Source of the DNA: Azolla caroliniana
Taxonomy: Eukaryota; Plantae; Polypodiophyta
Length of the DNA stretch: 64,000 nucleotides
Direction: 5' to 3'
Assembly (NCBI GenBank): GCA_043228905.1
Contig: JBHGNT010000007.1
Location: 20,646,001-20,710,000 of the forward strand
A model generated the notes under the pieces. That model was not told where the DNA came from, made no database searches, and saw only the letters and a list, made by a program, of their open reading frames with translations. This document shows positions 50,514 through 63,388 of this stretch, piece after piece. The position numbers and the translations under genes were made by a program. Numbering within the stretch: the first letter of the stretch is position 1; each line of letters opens with the position of its first letter.

Positions 50514-53500
50514 GCTAAGCCATCTATATACATATATATTTCAGTGACCGGATGCTAATTAGCTATCTATTTTCTTTAAGAGATGGTTTGATGAGCCCCA
50601 CATTTGTTCAAACAACGCATATTTCCTTAATTAATTAGATGCAAAATACCCCCCCCCCCCCACACACACACAATTCCTTAATTAGATACCAAACACCGGC
50701 ATATTTCTTACTTAAGACAATAAATGTGAACACATCTCCATTGTTTTCTGAATTGCAATTCCATTATGCATCTCTTACTTTTTTACAACTAGGTGAAGCT
50801 TTAGGTTCATAATCTAGCACAACTATTAGAGTACATACATATAGTGACAAGCTAATTGACAATTCACTTATCCATTCTAAGCAAGCAATGAGAAGAACCT
50901 TCTATTCCCTTAACTTTGCCATAACATTTTTCTTGGGTTATACATTATAATTGATTCATTGCACCTCTTGTCTTTGTCTTGTGTACTGAACTTAATAAGC
51001 CCCATATGTTTGTAAGTTTGAGGCTTATATTCATAAAAATTGTTTCTTTCTTTTTTCATATAAAAAGAAAAATACTTCCCATTAAAGTTAGTTAGAGTGT
51101 CTTTACAATCCAATATTATGTACAACATAATTGTCATCATAGACATTCAATCACATTAGAAATGTCATCGTAGACATTCAATCACATTACCCTAGTATGC
51201 GTTAAATCATCTTGTAGTATATAACATTTTAGAGAAATACCATGTACCTTCCTAGTTGGGGCGGCAAAAGGTGTAAATAACCAAAGTGGTGTTCACACAA
51301 ATTGCTTTTTCTCCAACCTTTTTTTATAAGTTTTGCAATTTATAGGTAATTTGAATTATAGCTGGAAACCCCTTTCATTATTGGATCCCCTAATATTTTC
51401 GTGAATTCTGTGATTTTGAAAGGTATCTATGGAATTTCTAGCTGTATCACGAGCTTTCGGTGATAGGCTTTTGACGCAATATTAAAGCTATTTCTTCATG
51501 AACTTTATATATAGTGTAATTCTTCAAGATCTAATTGCAAGTAGTGTTATGTTTGTAGCCTTGCTTCTACTATGAATGAAAATTTGTACTACTGTAATGA
51601 AAAGATTCAAAGTACATACCATGAAAGATCCAAAATGCACCATAATTTGATGGGAAACATTGTAGAGAAAACACATCTATTTTGTTGTGCCTCCTATTTT
51701 GACTTTGTGCATAAAAGTCCACATGTCAAAAAGATCTAATGTTGAAAATCATTACTTGCTTGTGGACCCAAGTCCCTCAATGCATTGCAAGGGTAATCGA
51801 TCATACAGTGCTTATATTGAACAAGGCAAATTTGACATTGAGTAAAAGAGATGTATGTTCCCAAAACTAAATTGGGCCATACCTAGGCATGAAAACATTA
51901 TAGTATTTATGTTGCAAGGGATCAAAATAAATCAAAGAATGAGGTTAGATAACCTATAACCCAAGTCATGGCAAGTCTAGAATAATTTAAAATATGTTTA
52001 TTTAGTATCTCCTAAAAAAACAAACCATTTTAGAAAAAAGCTCACAAAAAACCCAAATAAGACAAAAAAGGTTACTTGCCCAAGCTCACTAAATAAAATC
52101 AGCTCTTTATAAAGTTATTTAAGAAATGAGCAAATTGTGCATGATATCAAACTTCTTATGAAGGGATTTATAGTTCACAGGAAATTAAGCTCCTTAAGTT
52201 TTTGTAAGCTAATTGGCTAACCTTGCTTCATATATAAGATAGTTTTATATCTAGACATGAGTTTGATCACATTGGTTTTATAACATTCAAGTTTGGTCGT
52301 ATGACATGAGATTATATTAATGATCAAGTTCTCACATGCAATGGAGTATAATTTATACTAGCATTAGTAATTGCCATAAACCACAATACATTTTAAAAAG
52401 CTAATATGCACAATATTATATTGAAACATAGTTGATGAAATATATAATATGCTAGATTATATTTATATGATATAGTTACAATTAGGTATGGCCCTCAATT
52501 TCGTTTTAGTTTGATAGAGTTCCTTTGCCTTGAAACCCGACCACACACAACCGAACTGTTAATAGATAACAAAAACCAAACCGTTAACAGACCAAAGCAA
52601 CTTAAACCAAATGTAATAATATTAAGGTTGAATACAAACAATATGCCCTTCTTGCCTTATATAGAGCCCAACATTATGGATTCATGTTCGCAATGTAATA
52701 TTCTAAAATTTTCCATCTAGAATCTTTCCCATTCTTCCTTAATTTGTCCTCAATAACTACATATTTCATAGCATCACTTGAAAGCTATAAGAGGTCCTCC
52801 ACATCGTTGTTTTCGTCATCCTTTGGAGAAATATCCTTGATATTCTGTGCATTAGTATCCACTCCAGATAGACTAGCTATCGTGGGGTCCTCTAAAAGAT
52901 CATCTTGAAGGTTTATGAGCTACCCAGGTTCGCTAGCTAATGGAGGGATAGGCTCATGAGAGGCAAGTTGAAAACATTCCATATCTACTATATGCTTTGC
53001 TCCTACCTCCTTGTCCTAATTAGGGAATTCCCATAATTGTGCTCTAAGCCTCACATTTATGAAGCTGACTTGCTCCTCATCCTTCTCCAATGCAATAGAA
53101 TTTTGAAAAAGCTTCAACGCACACGCAGATGTAGTACCTATTATAGATTAAAAAATAAGAATCATTCAGTTAACCGTACATCGATGCTATTTGTTTGATG
53201 AAGCAAAATCGACAATGATTTAGAAACATACTAGTGCCAAGAAACAAATCTAAAATCCAATCATCTTCATTAGAGAACATTTCAATTAGACACATCATCA
53301 GATGTTGAGGCTTTTGGTAAGGATTGACAAATCCACATTCAGTCATTGTGACATGTCACAAGTTACGCGTAACTACTAGGTACACCAACAGATTTTAGCC
53401 TCCCACCTCATTCAGGTGCTCCTTAATTATTTTCTTCTTGATCTCATCATAATAACCAACTGTGATATATTCCGTTGCATTAACAAACTGAAATTTCGGT

Positions 53501-54156
53501 CCTCTGTTCAAGTTGGTGTTAATCCTATCAACGAAGAAGAAATTTATGAGAAGACAAGAAATTATCTATTAGAATAAATCCTTACGAATCAAGGTCCTCT
53601 ATTCCATGGCAACGAGACCTCAATGCTTGAGCCATGGAATATCCCTGGTTCATGCTATGAAATATGACTATTCTCCACAGGGACGCCATCGTCAATTCGA
53701 TGAAATCTTTTACCATCTTCTCTAATTGCTTGAACCTAAATGGTTCATCATCATAAGTTGATCCAGCCATACAGACACCATATAGAATATCTGCAATTAG
53801 AAGTGTATATTCTTTTTTTTGGCAACTACCATATCATATCAGCTACATCACTGCAATAAACATTATAATATCAATCCCTGGTGTTGTCTTTCATGTGGCT
53901 GAACTTCTTGAAAGTGCCATCGTCATCGACATTGAACGCTTTAACCAAGTGCCTGTCCTTTTCTTTTCAAGCCCTTTCAAGATGTGCAAGAAACAAAGTT
54001 GGAAAATCATAAATATCTCTAACCTCTCCGGGATTCTTACTTCAACATGGTTAATACCTTTAATATTTCCTAAACTAGAATGTCAAACAAAAGAGAAATA
54101 TTAACCCAATCCTTAAATGCAATAAAGTATTCCGATAGCACGTTGTAGGAAGACGT

Positions 54157-57100
54157 TGTCGTAGTGTATTTCGTACACTACGTGAAAAAGTAAAAATAAT
54201 ATAACCGATTTAATTACATATAAATAAATTAAAAAATATATCAAGATATTTATCACGTGCATAGGGCAGGATTCGAACCCTGTACCTCCACGTAGCCAAA
54301 CCTCAACTTTACCATTATGCTACTTATCTTTAGTGTTCTATAAATAGATTTAATAACTATAAGTTCTTTATTTGCGCCTACCTTTATTAAAAGGTAAATC
54401 GTGCATTTTTAGAGTGTGTGAATATTTTATAGAAAAAACGCAAGCAACTAAAAACTGACTCGTGCACATCTAGCGTGCATGAGCACTATATTTAGCAAAT
54501 AAAAGCAATGATTAAAAAAGCATGTAGTTATGCTTAGTCTCTCCCATCACTACATAAGGATGGGGAGCACAATGTAATAGGTGTGTGAAATATTTGGAAA
54601 TTGGACATATTTCCGAAAACACCAACCGATTAATATAATCGTGGGATTCACGAAAATAATATAATCTATACTTGTGGGATTCACAAGTTTCTTATATCTT
54701 TCTTTCAATCTAAATACATATTCTTATCTAAATATTGATTAATCGAATACAATACACTCGTGGGATTCACGAAATTTCTATCTCTCTTTCTAATAATCTA
54801 TTCATTACTAGCCTCATCTCATATTCTTCTTTCTCCTAGTCCAAAACCTCGGCGGTTCCCACCCGACTCACGCAACGATCCGGAGCCGAAAGGCACGACA
54901 CAGTTGGTGAACCCGACGTGAAGACGGGTGGCAAGGAGATGGAGAATCAACAAGAGGCAATGAGTATAACAATGATGATGATGTTCGAGCGGATGCTACA
55001 AGAACAACGAGTGATGTCGGAGATCACGGGGGCAGTAAAGCGGCTCGTACAACGAAACGGACAATTCAACGGAAACGATGTGTCACGCTATCTACGTGAG
55101 TACAAGGCGGAGATGATACGATGTGGGATACCGGAAGGATTGCAAGTGACATCCTTCAATCGGGTGGCCACGGATGAGCTACAAGAGAGAATCCACAAGA
55201 TACGGCAACAAAACTCGACATGGGGGTCCTTCGAAGAAGCTTTACGAGAGGCATATGATTACAAGAGATCGAAGGGAAAAGATCGGCGAGAATTCGACGA
55301 ATGGGTGGCATCGGAGAAGACCCACCGAAGTGCAACACAAGCATTCCTAGAGTTCGAGAATCGTTTTGCTCGACTCTCGGAGCGAGAACAACGATTGGTG
55401 GGGGAGGATAAAGTCCTAATGTTCGTAAAATCGATCGATCGAAAAGAAAGGATGGACATCGGGATCGAACTCGAAGATGATGATGGTACGAATGGTCTTA
55501 CCGAAGATTGGGCCAAAGTCGAAAGGGTATGCCGGAGACATGATGAGAGGAAGATGAGAATCTTGTCAACGACATGGCCGATGAAGGATGGTCGATTGAA
55601 GACAAACGATGGAGCCGATATGAAGGCCGAAATACAACATGATGGTGCGACGGAAGAGGGTGTAAAACAAGCTACCCTCTTGTCTTGCGAAAGAACAACG
55701 ACGAAGGATAAGGCCGATAACCCAAGTGTAGAAGAAGATTTCGGAATACAAGTGTCCGAAACATCGGGTGAAAAAGGGGTAAGCATAATTGATGTTTGCA
55801 TAATTGATGCAGTGAAAGAGAGCAAGGAGGACTTGATTGAGGAGGTCACCACGAAAGATGACATCGAATCGAAGGTGGCTATGGACGAATCAATGGCGGA
55901 TGGCCATATCGAGACTTCCCCACCACTGATTCTAGAGACTCCGGCGGTTGCGTTCGAAAGGCAACGTGAGACCGAAGAGACGGAAGGTGGCGGAGAGAAA
56001 ACAAAGGTCGAAGTCGATGCGTATGACGGAGAGATAGCCGAGAATATGGCTATGGGTGAAACAACGGAGGATGATAATACCGAGGATTCCTACCCACTAA
56101 TCCTAGAGACTTCGGCGGTTGTGTCTGAGAAGCAACGTGAGACCGGAGAGACGGGAGGTGGCGGCAAGAAAGGTAAAGTCGGAAGCCAGTTAGGATGGAA
56201 GGTGATCCGGACGGGATTCCGATCCGAAAGAAAGCCGAACCGGGTAAAAGAGGATTCGACCGAAAGTCGACCCGAAAGAAAGCCGAACCGAAAGGAAGAG
56301 AATTCGGCCGAAAGACGACACAAACGAAAGCCGAACCGGGCAAATGAGGATTCAGCCGAAAGACGACCCGAAAGAAAGCCGACCCGAAAAAGGGTCGACT
56401 CGGTCAAAACCGATCGACCGAGTCTGACTTGGCCGAACGCGAACATGGATGGAAGCCGACCTAGCCGAAAGCCAATCGGACGAGAGCGATCCGGAAAAAA
56501 GTCAAGGTTGATGAAGACAAGAAAGAGGCCAGTAAAAGACACTACCACGAATAACAAGGGCCAAGAATATGACGAGAGAGAACAAAGAATATGGTGGATC
56601 GGATGGCGACAATGGTTTGGGTGGAAAGAATGGGTCTACTCAAAATGGAGAGACAAAGTTGACATAGCGGGACAAACGGAGGATGAAGGGGAGACAACGA
56701 GCATCGGCAACTTCGGCACATACCGGAGGATGTGCGGGTTCGGAGGGGGCGAGTGTCGTAGTGTATTTCGTACACTACGTGAAAAAGTAAAAATAATATA
56801 ACCGATTTAATTACATATAAATAAATAAAATAATATATCAAGATATTTATCACGTGCATAGGGCAGGATTCAAACCCTGTACCTCCACGTAGCCAAACCT
56901 CAACTTTACCATTATGCTACTTATCTTTAGTGTTCTATAAATAGATTTAATAACTATAAGTGCTTTATTTGCGCCTACCTTTATTAAAAGGTAAATCGTG
57001 CATTTTTAGAGTGTGTGAATATTTTATAGAAAAAACGCAAGCAACTAAAAAGTGACTCGTGCACATCTAGCGTGCATGAGCACTATATTTAGCAAATAAA

Positions 57101-57497
57101 AGCAAGGATTAAAAAAGCATGTAGTTATGCTTAGTCTCTCCCATCACTACATAAGGATGGGGAGCACAATGTAATAGGTGTGTGAAATATTTGGAAATTG
57201 GACATATTTCCGAAAACACCAACCGATTAATATAATCGTGGGATTCACGAAAATAATATAATCTATACTTGTGGGATTCACAAGTTTCTTATATCTTTCT
57301 TTCAATCTAAATACATATTCTTATCTAAATATTGATTAATCGAATACAATACACTCGTGGGATTCACGAAATTTCTATCTCTCTTTCTAATAATCTATTC
57401 ATTACTAGCCTCATCTCATATTCTTCTTTCTCCTAGTCCAAAACCTCGGCGGTTCCCACCCGACTCACGCAACGATCCGGAGCCGAAAGGCACGACA
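54157..57497 (+). mobile_element. Gag-only non-autonomous LTR element of the gypsy family seen at 12921-21942; LTRs 54157-54900 and 56754-57497
   Basis: Near-identical 744-bp TG...CA LTRs. 4-bp TSD ACGT (54153-54156, 57498-57501). PBS TGGTGAACCCGACGTGAA at 54905-54922, complementary to the tRNA-Trp 3' end. PPT before 56754. Confidence 0.95.
54918..56801 (+). CDS. Gag-like protein, 627 aa, with acidic and repetitive C-terminal half
   Basis: N-terminal FNGNDVSRYLREY..W..FEEALREAY capsid-like segment. It is the only long ORF between the LTRs and has no protease, RT or integrase motifs. Confidence 0.75.
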   Translation: MKTGGKEMENQQEAMSITMMMMFERMLQEQRVMSEITGAVKRLVQRNGQFNGNDVSRYLREYKAEMIRCGIPEGLQVTSFNRVATDELQERIHKIRQQNSTWGSFEEALREAYDYKRSKGKDRREFDEWVASEKTHRSATQAFLEFENRFARLSEREQRLVGEDKVLMFVKSIDRKERMDIGIELEDDDGTNGLTEDWAKVERVCRRHDERKMRILSTTWPMKDGRLKTNDGADMKAEIQHDGATEEGVKQATLLSCERTTTKDKADNPSVEEDFGIQVSETSGEKGVSIIDVCIIDAVKESKEDLIEEVTTKDDIESKVAMDESMADGHIETSPPLILETPAVAFERQRETEETEGGGEKTKVEVDAYDGEIAENMAMGETTEDDNTEDSYPLILETSAVVSEKQRETGETGGGGKKGKVGSQLGWKVIRTGFRSERKPNRVKEDSTESRPERKPNRKEENSAERRHKRKPNRANEDSAERRPERKPTRKRVDSVKTDRPSLTWPNANMDGSRPSRKPIGRERSGKKSRLMKTRKRPVKDTTTNNKGQEYDEREQRIWWIGWRQWFGWKEWVYSKWRDKVDIAGQTEDEGETTSIGNFGTYRRMCGFGGGECRSVFRTLREKVKII

Positions 57498-58777
57498 ACG
57501 TTATCGAATACTCCTCGTTCACTTGTTACCATGATAAGCAACCAAGTTGCTTCATCATCACTTCTTGTATTTTCATATAGACCTTGTGACTAGGAAATTA
57601 AAAAAAATATTAGAAATATGTTACCATATAGACAGAAAACCCATAAATATTAATTTAAAAATATTAGGACTTGTTGAACTCGGTGACCATTTCTTCTAAG
57701 TTGAGCTCCTTAGCCATGACACTAGATAGGATAGATAAAAGGAGCTGCTCTTCTTTGATTCCCTACATGGCTCTCCATAGAGACAACTTCATGTCATTTA
57801 CCACTTCCTCGATTGCAAGATTGATCTTTTTGGTTGTGGTGCTCTGGAGCTGAAGTTGCGGGTCCACTTTAGAGTTCTTCTGCCTTTGACCCTTCACTTC
57901 CTTGTTTTTCCACATTTTGAATATTTGGTCTTGTAAATCCCAGACTTCTCCATCTCTGAAGGCAATCTGAAAGGATGACTTGTACTTTCGGATTGCCTCC
58001 ACCTTGACTGCATCGTCTACCACAATCCCAACCTCGTGAAGACACTGACGTCGGAGAGCGGGATATAACTTTGCTCCATATTTTTGCTTCACATCAATGT
58101 ACTCATGGTGGAAAAATCAGATGCGCTCAATGGATGAAATCTTTTGCCGGGTAGTCATTGTCGTTGTTATGGTCCCATGCTAACAACTTTGCATCTTCTA
58201 TGGTTAGCCCCACGTAAATTTTACATTTTGCATATTTAAAAAAGAATGTTGTGAGATGTTCTGATACCACCTGCCTTCTTGCCTGTGCCGAGTGTGATCC
58301 CCCAATGACAAAATAGTTGTACTGATTGTGTTTCCTTACGTCGAAGGCGTGTAAAGATGAACACTCATTAGGATCAATGATTACGATGAATAGAACGACA
58401 ATAGCATGGGGATTTGTCTTCATTTTCTTCCTAAGGTTCTAGACATGAAATTTATGAGGCTCTCTCATCTCTAGTGGAAGACGTCTAGTCTTCTCATTGA
58501 CAGGTGGGCAATGGAGGTGAGTGATGGAGAGGTTAAAGAATTGGCCCTTCCGCATAAGCTTTCTTTAATTTTGTTCTACTAAAAGGAAAGCACACCAGAT
58601 GCTAACTCTGCCCTTGGTGTTGTCCAAGCTTCTTCATCACCTATAGAACTCGAGGACTCTGATTCAGACATTTTAGTGACTATCTTTTTCGTAGGCCCCG
58701 AGAGTGTGGCTGCCTTTTTTGGTGCTACCTTTATGAGAGAGGGTGAGGCCTCCTTTAATGACACATGGCCCTGTATG

Positions 58778-59109
58778 TGTTACCGTACGGGATGTACAAG
58801 AGATGTAGAATGTGATGAGCGAGGGTCGAATGCTATAATATTGTTAATGTGTATGTGTAGATGGGCACCAACGTAATTGTGAGTGTGAGTAGATACGTAT
58901 GAAAACACATGCACACGTGTGTCCATGTGGACGGATACGAGGAGGTGTGAGTCAGTGATTAGTGTGAATGGTCAAGGGGATTTGCACCCCAATGTATCTA
59001 CCCTTTTGTAACTATTTAACCCCTTATGGGAAATGAATAAAAGGAACATTTCTCTCTCTCTCTCTCTCTTTTATTGTAATTAGCTTACCCTAGTGGTAAG
59101 TCAATAACA
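58778..59109 (+). repeat. Probable solo LTR
   Basis: TGTTA...TAACA termini, TATA-like and AATAAA signals, and a CT tract. No TSD is visible. Confidence 0.5.
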
Positions 59110-59146
59110 CTACAAGCATTGTGTCTTGTTTCAGTAGATGCCACTG

Positions 59147-59215
59147 TGGAATGTAGGGGTTGAACCCATGTCCACCTGGTCTCCATTGGGCAACCTTACC
59201 AACTGAGCTACATCC
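59147..59215 (-). other. tRNA-derived (SINE-head-like) sequence
   Basis: The minus strand reads GGATGTAGCTCAGTTGGTAAGG...GGGTTCAACCCC (A and B boxes), with no canonical anticodon arm. Confidence 0.65.
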
Positions 59216-59219
59216 ATCT

Positions 59220-62200
59220 GGGTTCTCTCTCTCTCTCTCACTCTCTCTCTCACTCTCTCTGTCTCTGTCTCTCTTTCAAAGCTCTCTGTAAGTTCACTCC
59301 AGCCATCGTTTTCTACGTTCTATAGCCGTGGCGAGAAGTTATGAGCATTTTCATCCACAGCCATCTTTGCCCCACGGTTCTTCAAACGGAAGGTAGATTT
59401 TGAAGCCCTAAATCGAGCGAAAGGTACATTCTCTCTCCTTCCCTCTCTGTCTCTCTTTTCCCATAGGGTTTGTCCCTACAATGGCAAATACTCGTAAAAC
59501 CGCCGCAAAGTTCAGGGGTATGATTGATAATGAGCCGAGATCACCAACAAACCTCGATTCTAATGCAATGGACAAAATGCTTATGAGTCACTTGATTTCT
59601 CTTCAAGAAACCATAAACAAGCAAGGTGAAGAGATTAGGATGTTAATGAAAGAGAATACTAAGCTCCAAAGTGTTGTCATTGAGAATGAAAGTCTTAAAC
59701 AAGTGGTTGCAAAACTTCAAGAAGAGATTCAAGAATGTAAAAGAGCTTCTTTTGAAACAAATGAGCGCCTTAACAAGATTGAGTTAAAGGAAGCATTAAA
59801 AGAAGAAAAATTGGACACGATGAGGCGGGATGTAAGTGAGATAAAAAATGTATGTACAACGAAGTCATGGGCCAATGTATGTGGTGGGGATGTGCTATCA
59901 AACTCATGTAATATGCATGTGATGCATCAAGAGAAGAATATAGAAAGCATAGATGTCCGAGAATTGAAAGAACGTGAATGACGATCAAAGAATTGCAATG
60001 GATACCCATGGAATGCGGGACTTGGCATAGAGGAGTTCACCGATGACTCGGATATCACACTTCTTGTTGAAACATGGGAGCATGATACTCAAAGGATTCA
60101 AGGTTTAGGAAACTATAATGTACACTCTTTGATATGGAAGAAAAATCCAAGACAAAGAAGAGGAAAAGGAGGGGTGACATGTTTGATTAAGAAGGAAATA
60201 GAGAAATATGTGTCAATCATAAAAAATGATGAAAATAAATGCTACATATGGCTCAAAATAGAAACACCTAATGATTTGCCCACTTTTGTAGTTAGATGTT
60301 ACATTCCTCATCAAGATTCTAACTTTTATGCTTGTTTGGATAAAGATCAACCGTTTGCCAATCTAGAAGATGATATTGCTTATTTCAAATCCAAAGGGGA
60401 AGTTATTGTCTTTGGTGACATGAATGCTCGTACAAGAAGTTTCCAACTTGATTCACAAGAATCTTTCATGCCACATATCTCAAGAATGCAAGAGGATGTG
60501 CAAATGTATAACCGCTCTTCTAGCGATGAAAACGATTCAGACCAATTTGGGAAGTTACTCCTACAAATGTGCAATAGTACCGAATTGCTTATTGCAAATG
60601 GTATTTCCTTATGGCCCAACACTAATGGTTTTACATGTAGAAAACACAACGGAAATAGTGTGATTGATTATGTGCTACTTTCCGAAGGTATTTTGGATCG
60701 TATACATAAATTCTCACTTGGTGAATGGACACCGGAATCCGATCATAGGCCTTTATGTATTGATCTCAAATGTATGCATAGGTTTGATTGTGAGAAGGCT
60801 ATTGAAGATAATAAACAACCGCACTTGAACATGAACCTTAAGCAAGCACCCATGTATTCCAAGATGGTTGAGGATATGTTACAAATGACAAAGATACAAT
60901 AGGGGGCCACACTAGAATGCAAATGGGAAGCTATCAAGAAAGTCATTCTCTCATGTACAAACAAATGTTTTTTGACCAACCGCACATCTTGGAAGTGCAC
61001 CAAGAAACTTAGGAAAAAATGGTTTGATAAAGAATGTTGTGAAGCTCGAAAGTGCCTTATGGTTTTGGATTTAGTTAAGGATAAAGAGAATTACCAAAAG
61101 CATTTGCATGAGTATAAAAGGCTTATTCAAAGAAAGAGAAGAATATGGGAAGTTACTCAACAATTTATCCAAACGCAAGAGAAAGCACATGCATGTGCTA
61201 AATTTTGGGGAAATCTAAAGGGAAAACGTGTTGATAGTTATGGTGACTTAACTCTTCACGACTTGTCGATGCATTGTAAGAATTTATATGAGTTATCTCT
61301 TGCCGGAAAGATGATGTGTTATGGTTCTCTTTCACATATGCCTCCCTTCTTTACAATTGAAGATATATGCATAGGACTTAAGAAATTGGCCTCTCGAAAG
61401 GCAAGCGATCTTCAATGTATAAAGGCTGAAATGCTCAAATGGACGGGAAAGGAAGCACATATATGGATAAGCGATATGTTTAATGATGCATTGCAACATG
61501 GTATGCCGTACGATTGGACTACAAATTGGATCAAACCTTTACATAAAGGTGGAGATATAAATAATATAAACAACTATCGAACTATCATGGTTGCCTCATT
61601 AATGGCAAAACTATTTGGATGTATAATGGAATCAAAGATAAGTGTATGGGCTGAAAAAAGTGGTAAGAGAGCTTATGGACAAGCTGGCTTTCGGAAACAC
61701 CATAGCACCATTGATCACCTTATCACCCTTTGAGTATTAATGGGGGAAAGTCGCCTTAGAGGTAAAGGTTTATATTGTTGCTTTGTAGACTTCAAGAAAG
61801 CTTTTGATATGGTACCTCGTGAGCATCTTTGGAGGTGAATGGAAGAACTTGGGGTGCCAAGTGAATATATGGTTGCAATTTCCCGAATTTATGAGAAGGT
61901 TATATGTTGTGTGCGCATGAGAGATAAACTTTCAGATTTTTTCAAAAGCACTATTGGTGTTAAGCAAGGATGCCCACTCTCACCAACATTATTTGGTCTA
62001 TGCATTGATGAATTGGAAGAAATGGTTACCAAGTTTGCAAAGGAAGAATGTGTTGAAGAAGTTGCCATTGGGAATGTTGTGATTATGCTTTTGCTATATG
62101 CATATGATGTAGTGCTTTTTGCAAATACTTTAGGAGATGCACAAAAGCTTATGAAGGCATTAGAAAACTTTTGCATGCATACTAAATTAAGTGTCAATAG

Positions 62201-63388
62201 CTCTAAAACAAAGATTATGCTTGTGAAGAGCCAAAAAAGAGATAAACCATGCATTATGTACAATAATGAGCCACTTGAATGTGTGGAAAGCTTCAAATAT
62301 CTTGGCCTTGAAGTTCCTTCAAATCATAGATGGAATGAATGTGCTACACACCGCTTAGAGGCGGGCAAGCGAGCATACTATGCATTTGAGAACACATGCA
62401 ATCTTGGAGATTTTAAGTGTTGGGTCCTCAAGAAATATCTTTTTGACACTTTGGTGACACCGGTTCTTCTCTATGGGGTGGAAGTATGGGTCGGTAGCAT
62501 CCCTAAATCTATGTGGAAAGAGTTTGAAAATGTCCAAAAGCATTTTCTTACCAAGTTTCTACAAGTTAAGAAACAAACGCCCTACACCCTCCTCCTTGAG
62601 ACAGGATCGCTTCCCATTGAGATCATGGCCATGGAAGGGGTTGTTGAATACATGCTTAAGGTTCAAAAAAGTCCCTCACATCGACTTCCTAGAATTGCGT
62701 GGGAAGCAAGCAAAAAGATCCAAAAGACGCATAAAAGCAAAATTTTGTGTTCTGGTTGGATGCAAGATATAGAAAAATAGTTTGGTAGATGGGATGCGAG
62801 ACACTTGCTTCATGATGCATCATTAGATTCCTCTGTAAATGAGGCATTTTTGCAACGCCAATGTATCATGACATGGGACAAATGTGGAGGCTCACGCTTC
62901 ACACATTATACTACACATGTTGCACCTAACTACAAAACCATATTCTTTGCGGAACGGGGAAATCGTACACATCCATACATGTTAGAGCCCATACCATTAT
63001 CTGCCACTCGAACCATTGCTTCCATGCGACTTAGCTCACATGCATTGCGATGTGAAATAGGGCGTTGGGCTACAAGTGATGAGAGTGGTCGGATATGCAC
63101 ACTTTGCCCTAAACAAGTTCACGAGTCTGAGTATCACACTTTGATACAATGCTCTGCCTTTGATCATATTCGACCATGCTTTCCACATCTCTTCGATCGA
63201 GCCTAATCTTTGCATGAATTCCTCACACAACCACAATGTGCACTCTCGATTGCAACATTCATTGGTAAAGTTCTTGAACATCGAGAGTCACTACTCACTT
63301 TCACACGTATCACGTGAAATGTAATATTTTTGGTCTCATAGGTCATATTTGACCTCCAAAGACGATAATATAATCTATCTATCTATCT
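59220..63388 (+). mobile_element. APE-RT LINE (RTE/RTEX-like), second family, pseudogenised
   Basis: Coiled-coil ORF1 at 59481-59981. Motifs VETWE, FGDMNART, VIDYVL, SDHRP, QAGFR, GVKQGCPLSP, FKYLG and CTLC..ESEYH..C. (ATCT)n tail at about 63373-63388. Confidence 0.92.

Noticed and set aside
52681-52700. CATGTTCGC as the TIR of the second element
   Set aside because: It is only a 9-bp match, lacks the following GTTCACAAGTGG and lies too close to the stop codon. The end of the second element could not be located.
50520-52700. Genes in the AT-rich interval
   Set aside because: Only short ORFs without recognisable motifs are present. The MITE-like stretch near 52480-52680 lacks a clear TSD.
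54840-54900. Hammerhead ribozyme (retrozyme) in the LTR
   Set aside because: There is a GAAA hairpin but no CUGANGA core on either strand.
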